64,000 nucleotides of DNA from assembly GCA_010093705.1 (NCBI GenBank), contig MU006091.1, forward strand, positions 1,426,001 through 1,490,000. The letters run 5' to 3'. Shown piece after piece: positions 25,247-37,133 of the stretch. Each line of letters begins with the position of its first letter. Position 1 is the stretch's first letter. A program made the position numbers and the translations under genes. The notes beneath the pieces were generated by a model. That model did not search any database and was not told the origin of the DNA. It saw only the letters and a list, made by a program, of their open reading frames with translations. Source of the stretch: Patellaria atrata CBS 101060 (Eukaryota).

Positions 25247-25659
25247 TGTTGTGACGAAATGTAAGGTTGGGAGAAGGGGGAGAGAGGAATATAAGGGATT
25301 AAGTAGGATGAAGAACTTTAGGTATATTCGAAAGGAAAAATGATATTACCGTAGATATGAATGACACCGGAACCCATCATTCCTATCTCGCTCGCATGAT
25401 ATTGGCGGGGCAAGGCAGAATTGAGGCTGCGGAAGGGGAAGCTCTCAGCAAACATCTCAAACATGTGAAAGCTCCCAATCTCTCGCCGTAATGGCAACTT
25501 CTCACGAAGCTGACATTCTCTCGCAAGCTCATTGAAAGCAAAACAATTTACGAGTACAATACACGTGTACGATAGCCCTTCCCCTCACCCATTTGCTCCC
25601 CAAGCGGCTTGATTACCGGCCCTTTTGCTTCTGCATTAAGGTATTCTGTGCTGCGCACC

Positions 25660-26345
25660 ATGGTCGTTTACTCCTTCTACATCTTTGACAGGCATAGTGA
25701 GTAACATAGGTCCGCGCAAACTGTTTGGACATCTGCTAACTGAACCAGCTGAATGTATTTATAGCAGACGGTGGATACCTACAAGACCGTTATCCGCCAG
25801 CAGCAAAACCATTCGCCCTCAATCCGGCTCCAGCATTACGAGTAACGGGGATACCGGACCAGCGGTTCGTAAAGGTTTTTCCAAGGAGGATGATGCTAAA
25901 CTTATATTCGGAACTGTGTTCTCTCTTCGGAACATGGTTAGGAGGCTAGGTGGGGATGAGGATCAGTACGTTTACATAGTTTCTGATATGGTCAATATGA
26001 TCCCCGTAAAATGCTAACGGCACTCCGCTTAAAGCTTCATTTCCTACCGGACTGGTGAATACAAACTCCATTACTACGAGACACCTACGAGAATGAAATT
26101 CGTCATGCTTACGGATACCAAGACGAACAATCTTAGAGTAGTATTACACCAGATTTGGGCAAACTTATATGTGGAATTCGTGGTGAAAAACCCTTTATCA
26201 CCCGTCGAACATCCAGGAGGAATTGGAGTTGCCAATGAGCTTTTTGAGATGGGTTTAGATAGCTTTATCGTAAGGATTATTCAATCAAGCAACCTTAGCC
26301 CATTTAATACTAACGATAATACAGAAATCCGTTTTTCCTCCTTGA
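25660..26345 (+). CDS. BET5: TRAPP complex subunit Bet5 (sybindin-like), 4 exons
   Basis: MVVYSFYIFDRH, DDAKLIFGTVFSLRNMVRRL, YRTGEYKLHYYETPT, LYVEFVVKNPL. Canonical introns; ends KSVFPP*. Confidence 0.93.
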
Positions 26346-27161
26346 ATACCTTGAACTAGCGGAGGCCATCAATATGATTCTAGTCCTTGTAACAGGTTGA
26401 AAAGCCTTTGGATTCCACGTCAGTTCCTCTGAGTTGTGAACGACCTAACAGTATCAGCTGCGTGGTAGTCACAATGAGATGCATTACAGCGCACCAGGAT
26501 CCAACATCAAGGGATCAGCAGAGGAATTCGTCTTAATCGGATTGCGCAGGTCCCGTATTTTGACATACACCGGCGGTTCCTCATCAAATTTGCTATATCG
26601 CCCTAGCTGGTATTCGGATTATGAACGGTAAACACCAAACATCGGTATTCTCCTGCTACCTGTCTCACCGAAAATGAACTCAAAAATATGGCCTGAGCTC
26701 AAAACCTAACCATCTATAGTTTTGGAATGTGGGAAGGCAATTTTACTGTTTCAGGCTCTAAGGAAAGCTGATTAGTCCAAGGTTGATCTCGTGGAGATGA
26801 AAGTGTAAACCTTCAGCTGTAGTGTCATTAACTTGAAAAAAAAAAATCAGATAACGTCCCGATCAATTTTCATATTCTGTGAATCTGTGCAGATATTGTT
26901 GTTCTGATACATATTGATTATTTGATTGATTCGGGAAGGTTTAAGCGACTGCGCGGATCTCGTTCGAAACTGCGTCACCCACGTCAAGATAATTCACCAT
27001 GCATGCAATCACTCACCAACGGACTCATCAAGGCCACAAAACGATGAGATGGCTAATCGATCGCTTCATAGAATCCCCCGGTAACTAATAACCTCCAGAA
27101 TTTCAAAAGACGGTTTGATACAATACCACAACGGTCGAACAACATAACCGCGAGCTCCGGT

Positions 27162-29307
27162 ATGTTCATACCGGTCTCCCACGATGCCGCAGAAACGTCC
27201 GCTTCACCAACCACAATATTAGGCCTTTTCAATGCGGCGAAAGGCGGGGATGACTATTACAGCGGGTCCTGGTCTTCACTCATTGGCATCATCACCGCTA
27301 TTGTTGGTAATATACTTATCTCGTTTGCCCTAAACATTCAGCGGTATGCCCATATCCGGCTCAGCAGGGAACAGCAAGAAAGGGAGAAGAGTAGGCGGGT
27401 GAGGGCACGAAGTCGCATAAGGTCAACTAGGGGAGAAGCTAGATATGGAACTGCGAAGACGAAGGGGACGAGGGATAAGAGAAATGGCGTTAATAGCGCA
27501 TTGGCTGTAGAAGAAGAAGAGGAGGAGGAGGATGTAGGGGAAGAAACACCATTGATGGACACGTGCGCTTCGCTGGACTCACAAACCACTGTCCGTGCAA
27601 GGCACCATGGCGAGGATGAGGACACAGTGAAAACGAAATCATACCTCAAGTCGCCTTACTGGTGGATCGGCATCGTGCTTATGACGACAGGCGAGGCGGG
27701 GAACTTCATTGCCTACGGCTTTGCGCCAGCATCGATCGTGTCGCCATTAGGCGTTGTGGCGCTTATCTCAAACTGTATAATCGCACCGTTCATGCTAAAG
27801 GAGACGTTTAGGAAACGTGATGGGTTAGGTGTGCTGATTGCCGTTGCCGGCGCGGTGACTGTGGTCTTGAGTGCGCCAGATAGTAATCCGAAGCTAGGTC
27901 CGGGAGACATTTGGAATTTGATCTCAAGATGGGAGTTTGAGACGTACTTTGGGATCACAGTTGCGTTGATAGCGGGGCTGATGTGGGCAAGTAAGGAGTA
28001 TGGGCAAAAGTTAATTTTCATCGATTTGGGGCTGGTTGGGTTGTTTGGTGAGTTGAGGCCATACCAATATACTCTCGTATCCTCGTTCTAATTATTTTGC
28101 AGGGGCATATACTGCCTTGTCTACCAAGGGAGTAGCCTCCTTACTTTCATACAAGCTTTGGAGAGTTCTAACTTTCCCAGTTGCCTATCTTCTTGTTGTC
28201 GTCCTTGTAGGTACCGCGATCATGCAGATTAGATACGTCAACCGCGCTCTTCAACGTTTCGACTCTACGCAGGTTATTCCAACCCAGTTCGTCATGTTCA
28301 CTTTGTCCGTCATCATCGGCAGTGCGATTCTCTACCGCGACTTTTACAAAATGCCAGCCGAGGATGCGGTCAAATTTGTCGCTGGCTGCGGTCTCACATT
28401 TTCTGGTGTTTGGCTTATCACATCCGCTCGGCCTCCACGAGATGACGACCTTGAAGACACCGCACCTGAGCCTGAGGATGCTATCAACCTTGCAGAGGAG
28501 AGGTATCAGGACGACCTCCCCACATCTGAAACGGTTATCTCCCGTCGACAGTCTACGCTCTCGCATCACTCAAAGGCACCTCAGAAGACACCTGTAACTC
28601 TCAGCCGTACTACTACTCGCTCCTCTACCGCCTCTTCTCCTCCAACAACACCTATGCCACGACTCCCTCCGCAAATATCTATAACTCCCAATCCCTCTAC
28701 TCCTCCCTCGGCCCTCTCAAATCCAACTCCTCTAGCCGAGAATCCCTGGCACACACCCACCTCAAACATGTCCACCCCCGCCGACACCTTTTCCACTCCC
28801 TCCGCATTTCCCACGCTCTCACGCGCTCCAACTGAAGATGCTACTCTAACTCCCGCTCCTGCTCTACTCAAGAGCACAAAATCAGCACCTATCCTACCGT
28901 CTGAACAGAGGCTACAGACGTCGCATAAACAATTATCCCAAAATATCTATAACCCGAATGACGAGGAACAAGTTCCCATCGAGCGCATCTCGACTCTAAG
29001 GGCGAGAAACTCAATTGTGGAAGGAATGCTCCCGGGCCCATTCATGAGTCCACTTTCCGGTGGATTGAGCGCCGTAGTCGCGGATACCTTAAGAAGAGTT
29101 GAGGGCGGAGGAAGGAGGGTTGGTAGAAGGGTGTTTGATGCGCGACGGAGCGAGGGCGCGTTGGTGGGCGTGGATAATGGTGATGGTGAGGAAAACGAAA
29201 GGAGGGAGGAAAGGGGAAGATCAAAGAGTTTGAGCGGGACTTTAGGGAGTTGGCTAGAGAGGTTCAGAGACAGCAGAGCAGGCGAAGAGGGCGGTGGGGA
29301 AACGTGA
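27162..29307 (+). CDS. NIPA/DUF803 family magnesium transporter, 2 exons (intron 28048-28102)
   Basis: YLKSPYWWIG..GEAGNFIAYGFAPASIVSPLG and QIRYVNRALQRFDSTQVIPTQFV are NIPA-family signatures; multiple TM segments. Confidence 0.92.
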
Positions 29308-29989
29308 GATGATGTGTGTAGATATTTTGCTTATGTAATTTCTTTTGTTCAATGGGCGGAGATGGCTTTTTAGGTTACAGTGACGATATGCTCTTTGTAG
29401 CGTGAGGTGTTGATACCATTTGCATTTTTCGAGACTTTGGTATAGACCGTCATTGTTGGTAAGGAGGTGCTGTAATTCAAGTGTCTGGGCTCTGGATGGC
29501 TGTGGACAAATATGACGGTACTAGATATGAGGAAATTGAAGGGCTGATAATATTAGGTTGCCGAACGATGAGACGACTTGTAACATGAGAGTGTCTTTTA
29601 GACTTTGTCGAAATTTTGATCCTGCGTCTCCTAGAGGGTGTGATTGTAAGTTTGAACTCTTCCCTTTCGACGACCTCATCCCCTCATCGTACAGTCAGCT
29701 TCAAAAACACCTTTGGACACCATCGGACGTAGCGAAACAAAGAGTATAAATGACCGTAAGCTGTATCTAGACTCTAGCCACAGACCTCGTGTCTCCCTTA
29801 CGGTTACCCCTAAAAATGGTTTTTCAGGTGTATGTTCTGAGACAAAATGTACCGTACAAATAAGTTACCGTTGTACGTACGCTTAGATTGCATATTTGCA
29901 TCAAAGTTACGGTCATTTGAACCAAAAGGTCCTCCTGGCCGTACAGCAAGTGTACACTGATCCAGGAGGCTCTCGTGACAGGTAGACGT

Positions 29990-31700
29990 CATGGCACAGC
30001 ACTATTTACTCCCGAAGTTATCCTCCTTCCCTAAAGTTCTGAAAACATGACTCTCTATCCCTATATCTTCCTCCTAGCTTTCCTATGCTCCTAGGTAGCA
30101 TCCTACCTTCTCAGGGGCGTATCTAATCTTTGATAAAGTCTATCCCTTCCCTAATTGTTCTCCCTACTTCATGTCCTCCTCCCTGAGCACCCCCTATCCT
30201 AAGCTCCTCATCTTTAAGCTTCCTCTTCCCTAAGCGCTCCTCCCTTGGATCCTTATCCTCCAACGGTCCGTCCTACAACAACTCCTCCTGCATGGACTCG
30301 TTCTTTAACAGCTCGTCCTTCAGCGTCTATCGTTTTGACTCCCTTGGTTTCAAATTCTTTAACTTCAGTGGTTCGGCGTTTAGAACCCACTCCTTCAAAG
30401 TTCCTGATTTGATCTATTACTCCTTCGACGTTTCCTCCTTTAGCAGTTTATGCTTCAGCAAATCCTCCTCTAATAATTTCTAGTTCAGCGATCTCGACTT
30501 TGTCTTTTCGACGTCAACTCTTCAACTTCAAATCTTCGACGTACAACAACTTCAACTTCCTCTTCCCTTTCTACACCTATCTTACTTCTATCGGCTTAGG
30601 ACACCCCACTGCAGCTCTATCGAAAAGAGTGCTGACCCGTTTTTTACTTATGGAAATGGTTCCACGGTCTACACCTACAGCTAGAATCTTCTTAGTCACG
30701 ATTCAGTTCATCGTCAACCTACGCAGCTTCTCACTCATAAGACGCATAGGCCCTTTCTCGTACGGCACGTCAACCTCTTCTCTATATAACACCACCTAAG
30801 GCACCTTCGTTCCTTTCTATCCAACAATTCTACCTCTATGCTCATAAGCTACCTATTCTTGCACTCGTAAACACCCTTCCTATCCTCCTTCTGCACCACA
30901 CCCAGCTCTCTTCAAGATAACGGATCTTGCGTTATTCCTTAATTAATTATACGAGTGCAAAGACACCTACCGCTTATCGACCACTTCCTCTTCTCTAGAT
31001 AGTAAGTTAGTAACCTTCCCTTTTCAGCCCACGACATACTGATGTCTCCTCGCTCAACACTACTACCCGTTCTTCGTACAGTGTTGCACCTACCCTTCGT
31101 AGAACACCTCTACAATCCTTTTGCATAACACCAAACCTCTTTACTTAAACGAGACTTCCATCTCTCTTCTATACAGCGCTTTACTCTTCTCATATGCGAC
31201 GCACCTACCTTCCCCTTAGAAGCCACTCTAGCTCTACCCCTCCCTCCCCCATTCGGAAATCACGTTTATATATTCCATGTACGTCACCTTTATCTCTTAA
31301 ACCGATAGCACTTTATAAATAACGTCTTTATTATCTATAACTAGTAACACTACCTCACCGCCACACCATATTTCCCCGCTACCCTCAACACCCCCTCCTC
31401 CCTACCTTTCTCCATACAGCAAGCTACCTAACCTTACCACCCACCATCCTATCTCCGCCCACAACACCTCTACAATAGCTCCATCCAGCACAACACCAAC
31501 ACCAACATCCACCTCATACCCATCCATCCCACCTTCCCACTCCGCACACACCACTCCCTTTTCTCCCCTAAACCCCACCTCCCCTTTTCCCACCCAAAAC
31601 ACCCCTACACCGCCCCTCCTACTAGCTACTTACACACTCACCCTCCTATTACCTCTCTATATATCCCCCCTATCCTTCACTTTTCTATTAATCGCGCCTT
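29990..31700 (-). pseudogene. RIP-like inactivated orphan gene A (one intron, C-terminal ~5-residue charged repeats); ends approximate
   Basis: Two long frames with scattered TAG/TAA/TGA join in phase across a canonical 45-nt intron (30995-31039, GTATGT..CTAAC..TAG). Region is CpA/TpG-poor and TpA-rich. Confidence 0.65.
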
Positions 31701-31791
31701 AGGATTTACTATACGCCCCTATCCCCCTTTACGGTCCTCCTTACGCCTTCCCTCCATCCCTACTATGTACGGTTAATAATTCTGTTTATCC

Positions 31792-31876
31792 TCCCGTACC
31801 TTTACCGCGGGATCGCGAAAAGGTGCTTTTTTTTTTTTTTTTTTACATTTTTCGCGGATTTTAGAGGGACGGGATA
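31792..31876. repeat. Imperfect inverted repeat with T18 loop
   Basis: TCCCGTACCTTTA..CGCGAAAA [T18] TTTTCGCG..TAGAGGGACGGGA. Confidence 0.7.
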
Positions 31877-32149
31877 GCGAAAATTCTTGAAGTAGAATAC
31901 GGGATAGTGAGGTCTTTTAGGGATAGGAAGGGATAGGTATATTTTGAATAAGAGGGGGTACTTAAGATAATTAAGGGAGGAGAAATAGGGGGGGGAGGAG
32001 GTGATAAAAAAAGATATTTTTAAAGAGAGAGGGATAAGAGAGGTTAATAAGGGGGTTATAGAGGGCGAGATAGGAGGGGAGGGATATGGGGGTAAGGCGG
32101 GGAGGTGTTAATGTTTATTACGGGTGAGAGCGGGCTAAGGGTGTTGTGA

Positions 32150-33346
32150 GGGGGTTATAAGTGAGGTCGATAGTAGGCGTATTTTAGAGTAATAATAAAT
32201 CGAAAGATTAACTTACCGGAGAGGATAGTGGGTAGTGGTGTTGAGTATGGGGGTGGTGTAGGGGGTATGTTGATTGCGAGGGTATAACAGTGGTGATATT
32301 GTCGGCGGCGATACTGATGGAGACGGGTATGTTGAGAGTGGCTTATTGGGTGGGCGGCTGTATTACATCGAAGATGAGGGGCGATTGTGCCATTGAGGGG
32401 GTGGGGATGTTGGTTTTGTAGTGAGTTGGCGCGTTAAGGGTATGTAGTGAGGAGCTCGTAGTGAGGTGGTATTAGGGTAGTCTAAGAATAGTTAATCGCT
32501 TAATATGATATAATGACTGCGGACTCATAACTTACTGTTAGGTGATATTATGAAGGCGGGGAATAGAAATACGAATCGAGGGTTGGTAAAACTAACAGAG
32601 CCGTAGAGATAAGAAGGGGTAAGGTTAAGTAAGAAAAAGATTATTGAAGAGCTAGAAGGGTAAATATATTCAAGAAAGGTGAGAAAGTCAAGAGCGTAAT
32701 GAGGCAAAAGAAAAAAGGTAAGGGGCGGGAAAGGGTGCTAGTTATCAGAAAAAGACGAGGAGTAGAAGAGGTTACTGACAAGTCTTCCTTATTATAGCCG
32801 TTCTGGTCCATTCTATGTGACCGTTGAGAACATGGTTCGACTATAACGTACGCGGCGAACGAGCTTGCGAATGGCGTGCAAGTCATATGAATGGTTACGC
32901 GACGGATGCCTTGAATAACTGATGACATTACAGGGAGAAGTGTCCGCCAATGAACCTAGTGGAAGTGCAGAGTAATGAGGCGTGTAAATGGTGCTAGCAT
33001 AAGAGGAGAAAGGGGGTTGATGTAGGGTTATTGATGCTAGTGTGAAATAATTGTTACGCGTGGTTATCAATCTGACTACAGCCCGAGATTGTAGGTTGGA
33101 TCAGTTTAAGGCGTGAAGAGGTGACGTAGGGTAGATTGTTGAAGATAAATGACGGAGCTCGATCGTGTTGAGGTAAGAGGTGAAGATACATGCTAGTTGC
33201 TGGACTGAGAAGATGCTATCAGTTGATATTCGACAAAATGAGTAGTAGAGAGTTAAGAGAAGGAAAAGGTGTAAAGAGTGAAAGTTGGTGTAGTGAAAGG
33301 TGAGGTGGAGATCTGCTCTTGTCTTCCACCGGTCTGTGCAGACCAA
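32150..33346 (-). pseudogene. RIP-like inactivated orphan gene B (intron-containing); ends approximate
   Basis: ORF fragments 33101-33346, 32813-33070 and 32525-32707 are all in one frame separated by a few stops. GTAAGT donors at 32535 and 32216 and a TTAG acceptor at 32482. TpA-rich. Confidence 0.55.
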
Positions 33347-34296
33347 CTGTAGTGGATAACTAGAGAATAAGACCTATGACGTGGACTATTACGCAAATCT
33401 AAAGCCTCACAAGAAGTAAATCATCGTCAAATGGATATTTGCTGTGATATCGAAGGTTGCGGTTAAAATAAATGCCAGCATTGGAGGAAGGATTAGTAAG
33501 AGTTGTCAGACGGCTGATCTCCGATAGCCTTATGTTGGAAATTTTCAGAGCTAAGTGCTCGGCTCCGACTTATAAGTTAAGTATTGTTAGATGGTGGAGC
33601 TGTTGGAATATTGGTGCTACTAGCGACCAGGGGTAATGTTGAAGTATGGGTCCTTTGGTGGATCTGTCAACTATCTGTCAGATATCAGCCACGGAGTAGC
33701 ATGGAGCACGAAAAAGTCTCTCTTCAACAATTATTTGTTTCGTCCTCAACTGACTCTACTATCTCAACAGATATCTCAACGACTCTCGGTAGCTCTTCAG
33801 TATATATAGAAATTCCTTTAGTGGATAGATAGAAAAATCAAGCGACTATATTCAGTTATCCACAATCTCACAAGAGTGAAGAGAGCAACGAAACGGGGTG
33901 TAGGTAGTAATGTTGGGCTAGAGACTAAAAGGATGAGGAACGGGAGCGGGTGAGTGCTCAGGAGCGACTAAGAGAGAAAGGGAGGGATTGGAAGCAGAAC
34001 GGAGTAGAAGGAGGGACTAAGAAGGCAGGACGAGGTGAGTCACGAGTCTACTTTTTGGAAAAACGGGATATCCAGATGTTATAATCTTTAACCCACTCTC
34101 ACTCTTACTCGGAAAGACGTGTAAAGTTACGGATAGACGTGAGGCTAGGTAGGTAGGGTCACTCGGGGTTTCATTATTTCTTTAGAGAGACTAATCAGGA
34201 GAAAAGGCGCTGGGTCCGGGAACATACACAAGTCAACTAACTTGGAGATACTATCAAGATGTAGGGAACGAATTTTCCCCATACCGGTGGGGTTCA

Positions 34297-34363
34297 AGTG
34301 CAAACATATTACTCAGAAGGTAGAACTATAGAGTGCAAACATACTACTCAGAAACCATAGAGT
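34297..34363. repeat. Short tandem duplication (35-nt period)
   Basis: AGTGCAAACATAYTACTCAGAA..ATAGAGT occurs twice. Confidence 0.85.
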
Positions 34364-35192
34364 ATACAATTTGCAGAAAGTGATTCGTAGTCTTGATATA
34401 AACGATACTAGCTTGCCGGTCCTGAATCCTCCTCTTGAAGAGATGTTCCTGAACTAGAGCATATGGGCTAACCAGTAACCGCATTTACCACCAGACCGAA
34501 CGGCATTCACTTAATAGATCTCTACATGGGTATTTATGGTTCAGGTCGGGGTGACTCAGGAGTGATACACATATGACTTGGTAGAATGTGTTCCGCAAGG
34601 CTACAGAAGGTATAGCTACGAGGTAATAGGTGATGAGAAACGTGTAGGACACCACGATGCGGGTGTATAGGATGTGTCTAAACTGTCAATAGCATTTCCA
34701 GAGGTATGGTTGCTGACGGCGGATAAGTAAGATACATATGCGGATGAGAAGAAGTTCCATAGTCAGGATGCTGAAAACGTTGGAGACGTTACAGACTGCG
34801 AGCAGCTGCAGAAGATCACTGTAACGTGTGCAATATGATTGGCTGACAGCAAGGTATGAGACTTCATCGGCCAGACCCAGAATCCCTTGATCCCAAAAAG
34901 GGAACGAGCTATCAACCCACCCCCCCAAATGCCCCCCCACGAAACGGCGACTTTTCTGCGGGGGGGACATAGAGGAGATGTTTCAAAACATCTACCTCTA
35001 CCTATTTCTATCTATTGATCCTACCACATGGCGTCCTGTGGGTGAAGATATAAACTATCTCACTCCAAATTCAGTCAATTGCCGCAATTGCTGTGCTATC
35101 AACCTCGCGACATTCCCCTCGTCGCGCCACCTACCTCCAGAGCTTATAAGGAGCTTTTAACACCATACATTCTCTCCATTGACCATCTGATA

Positions 35193-35234
35193 TCAAATTT
35201 TGACCCTCAAATTTTGACCCTCAAACTTTGAACC
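35193..35234 (+). repeat. 14-nt tandem repeat x3 upstream of the CDF gene
   Basis: TCAAATTTTGACCC TCAAATTTTGACCC TCAAACTTTGAACC. Confidence 0.85.
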
Positions 35235-35292
35235 AGACTTCGACCTCTAGTTTAACGCGCTGCGAGGTACCGATTCTCCATCTCACCCAACC

Positions 35293-37133
35293 ATGTCCTC
35301 TCCCTCTCAATCATACCGATTCCCCAGCCTTAAAGGCTTCCTTCCATTATCCGAGGACTCCTCGCTCTCGACAAGAGGACAGACACTACCAGCGCTACTT
35401 CAGAGTCTTACACAGCCATTGTCGAGACGGCCGAGCTCGGTACGCTTAGGCAGTCAAAGAGGGGAGGATGATGTGGAGCAAGGCAGGAGGAGTCTTGATG
35501 GTACAGGAGGGTATCCGGAAAGGCCTGGTTTGGGTATTGGTCATAGTGAAAGAGATAGGAGATTAAGTCACGCGGAGATGTTGAATACACCGCAAATGAG
35601 GAGCATGAGGTTGATTGGGAATGCCAATCCGAGATATAAGTGGTGAGTTGGTGTAATTTTAGCATTCTCTCGGCGGTGGTGACAATTTTCGTGGACAATA
35701 GTACTCATATCGAGCAGGGAGCAGTATTACAAGACAGAGGGGGAGCTGAAGAAGATGAAGAAGTCGATGTAAGTTGTTATCTGCCTTACAATGCCGTTCG
35801 ACTGGTGCTAACGGTTCCCAGACGGAAGTACTACGAGCGAAATAACTTACTGATACAACAATATGTGTATATCGACAAGTTATTGGATTCCTCCATACCT
35901 CATGATCTGATACAAGAGTACAACAACCCTTCGATCCAAGTAGATGTTCCGCCGACCATTAGTGAGGAAGGTAGCCTTCCCAGCACTCCTCATCCCAATG
36001 GGCTAGAACATGTCAAGAGCTTGGAGTCCGTGGACGGATCAGATATAACCAAGTCTAAGACCAAACGCACAGCAAAAGACATATACCGGGTTCCGACTGA
36101 GACTTCCGCTCTCCTCGGAAATGACGGGGATGAACAAGTGCAGGAGGGAATCATGCCCGATTACGAACCAGAGGAAGATACCAGCAGTGGTGCTCCTATC
36201 GTTACTTTAGCTATCTACGTCAATCTGGCTGCGAACACCGCCCTCCTCATCATGAAGATCATCGTCACAATTATGACGTCTTCACTTTCCGTCATTGCTA
36301 GTTTAGTTGACGCTGCACTTGACTTCCTCAGCACCGCCATTGTCTGGACAACTACACGTATGATCTCTAACAACGATAAATACGGATATCCCGTCGGCCG
36401 GCGGAGATTAGAACCCCTAGGTGTCCTCATCTTCTCAGTTATTATGATCACTTCCTTCGTCCAAGTCTTCATTGAAGGCTTCAATCGACTTATAGGAGCG
36501 GATCATAGCATCGTCAAGCTTACCATTCCCGCTATCGCTATCATGTCGTCTACTGTTGTTATCAAATTCTTCTGCTGGCTCTGGTGCCGACTCATCAAAA
36601 ACTCCAGTGTTCAAGCGCTTGCGCAAGATGCAATGACTGACGTTGTTTTCAATATCTTCAGTATAATCTTCCCTCTAAGTAAGCCTCTCTCCCCTATTGT
36701 TAATTTGAAACCTATTATCTGACCTGATTTCTTAGTTGGATACTACGCCCACATCTGGTGGATGGACCCCCTCGGCGGTATGATCCTCTCCCTCTATGTA
36801 ATCATAAACTGGTCCCGCACTAGCGTCGACCATATCCGCAACCTCTCTGGCGCCGCTGCTACACCTGATGAGCGCAATGTCCTGCTCTACCTCACAATGC
36901 GCTTCGCGAAAACGGTCAAGCAAATCCAGGGTTTACAAGCGTACCATGCGGGTGATAAGCTGGTCTGTGAGGTCGATTTGGTCCTCGATGAGAATACGAG
37001 CCTGAGGGATAGCCACGATTTGGGAGAGAGTTTACAGTATGTGCTCGAGAGTGTGCCGACGGTGGATAGGGCGTTTGTGCATTTGGATTATGCGGGGTGG
37101 AATTTGCCTAGTCATTTGCAACAAGAGGATTAG
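35293..37133 (+). CDS. Cation diffusion facilitator (CDF) metal transporter, Mn-CDF/MTP-like, 4 exons
   Basis: RSMRLIGNANPRY, RKYYERNNLLI, SLSVIASLVDAALDFLS, YPVGRRRLEPLG, ALAQDAMTD, DSHDLGESLQ..VDRAFVHLDY. DxxxD motifs in TM2/TM5 suggest the Mn-type clade. Confidence 0.92.

Noticed and set aside
31827..33346. T18 as the poly(A) tail of a minus-strand LINE
   Set aside because: Upstream frame shows no RT or endonuclease motifs, has spliceosomal-type introns, and the T run sits within a palindrome.
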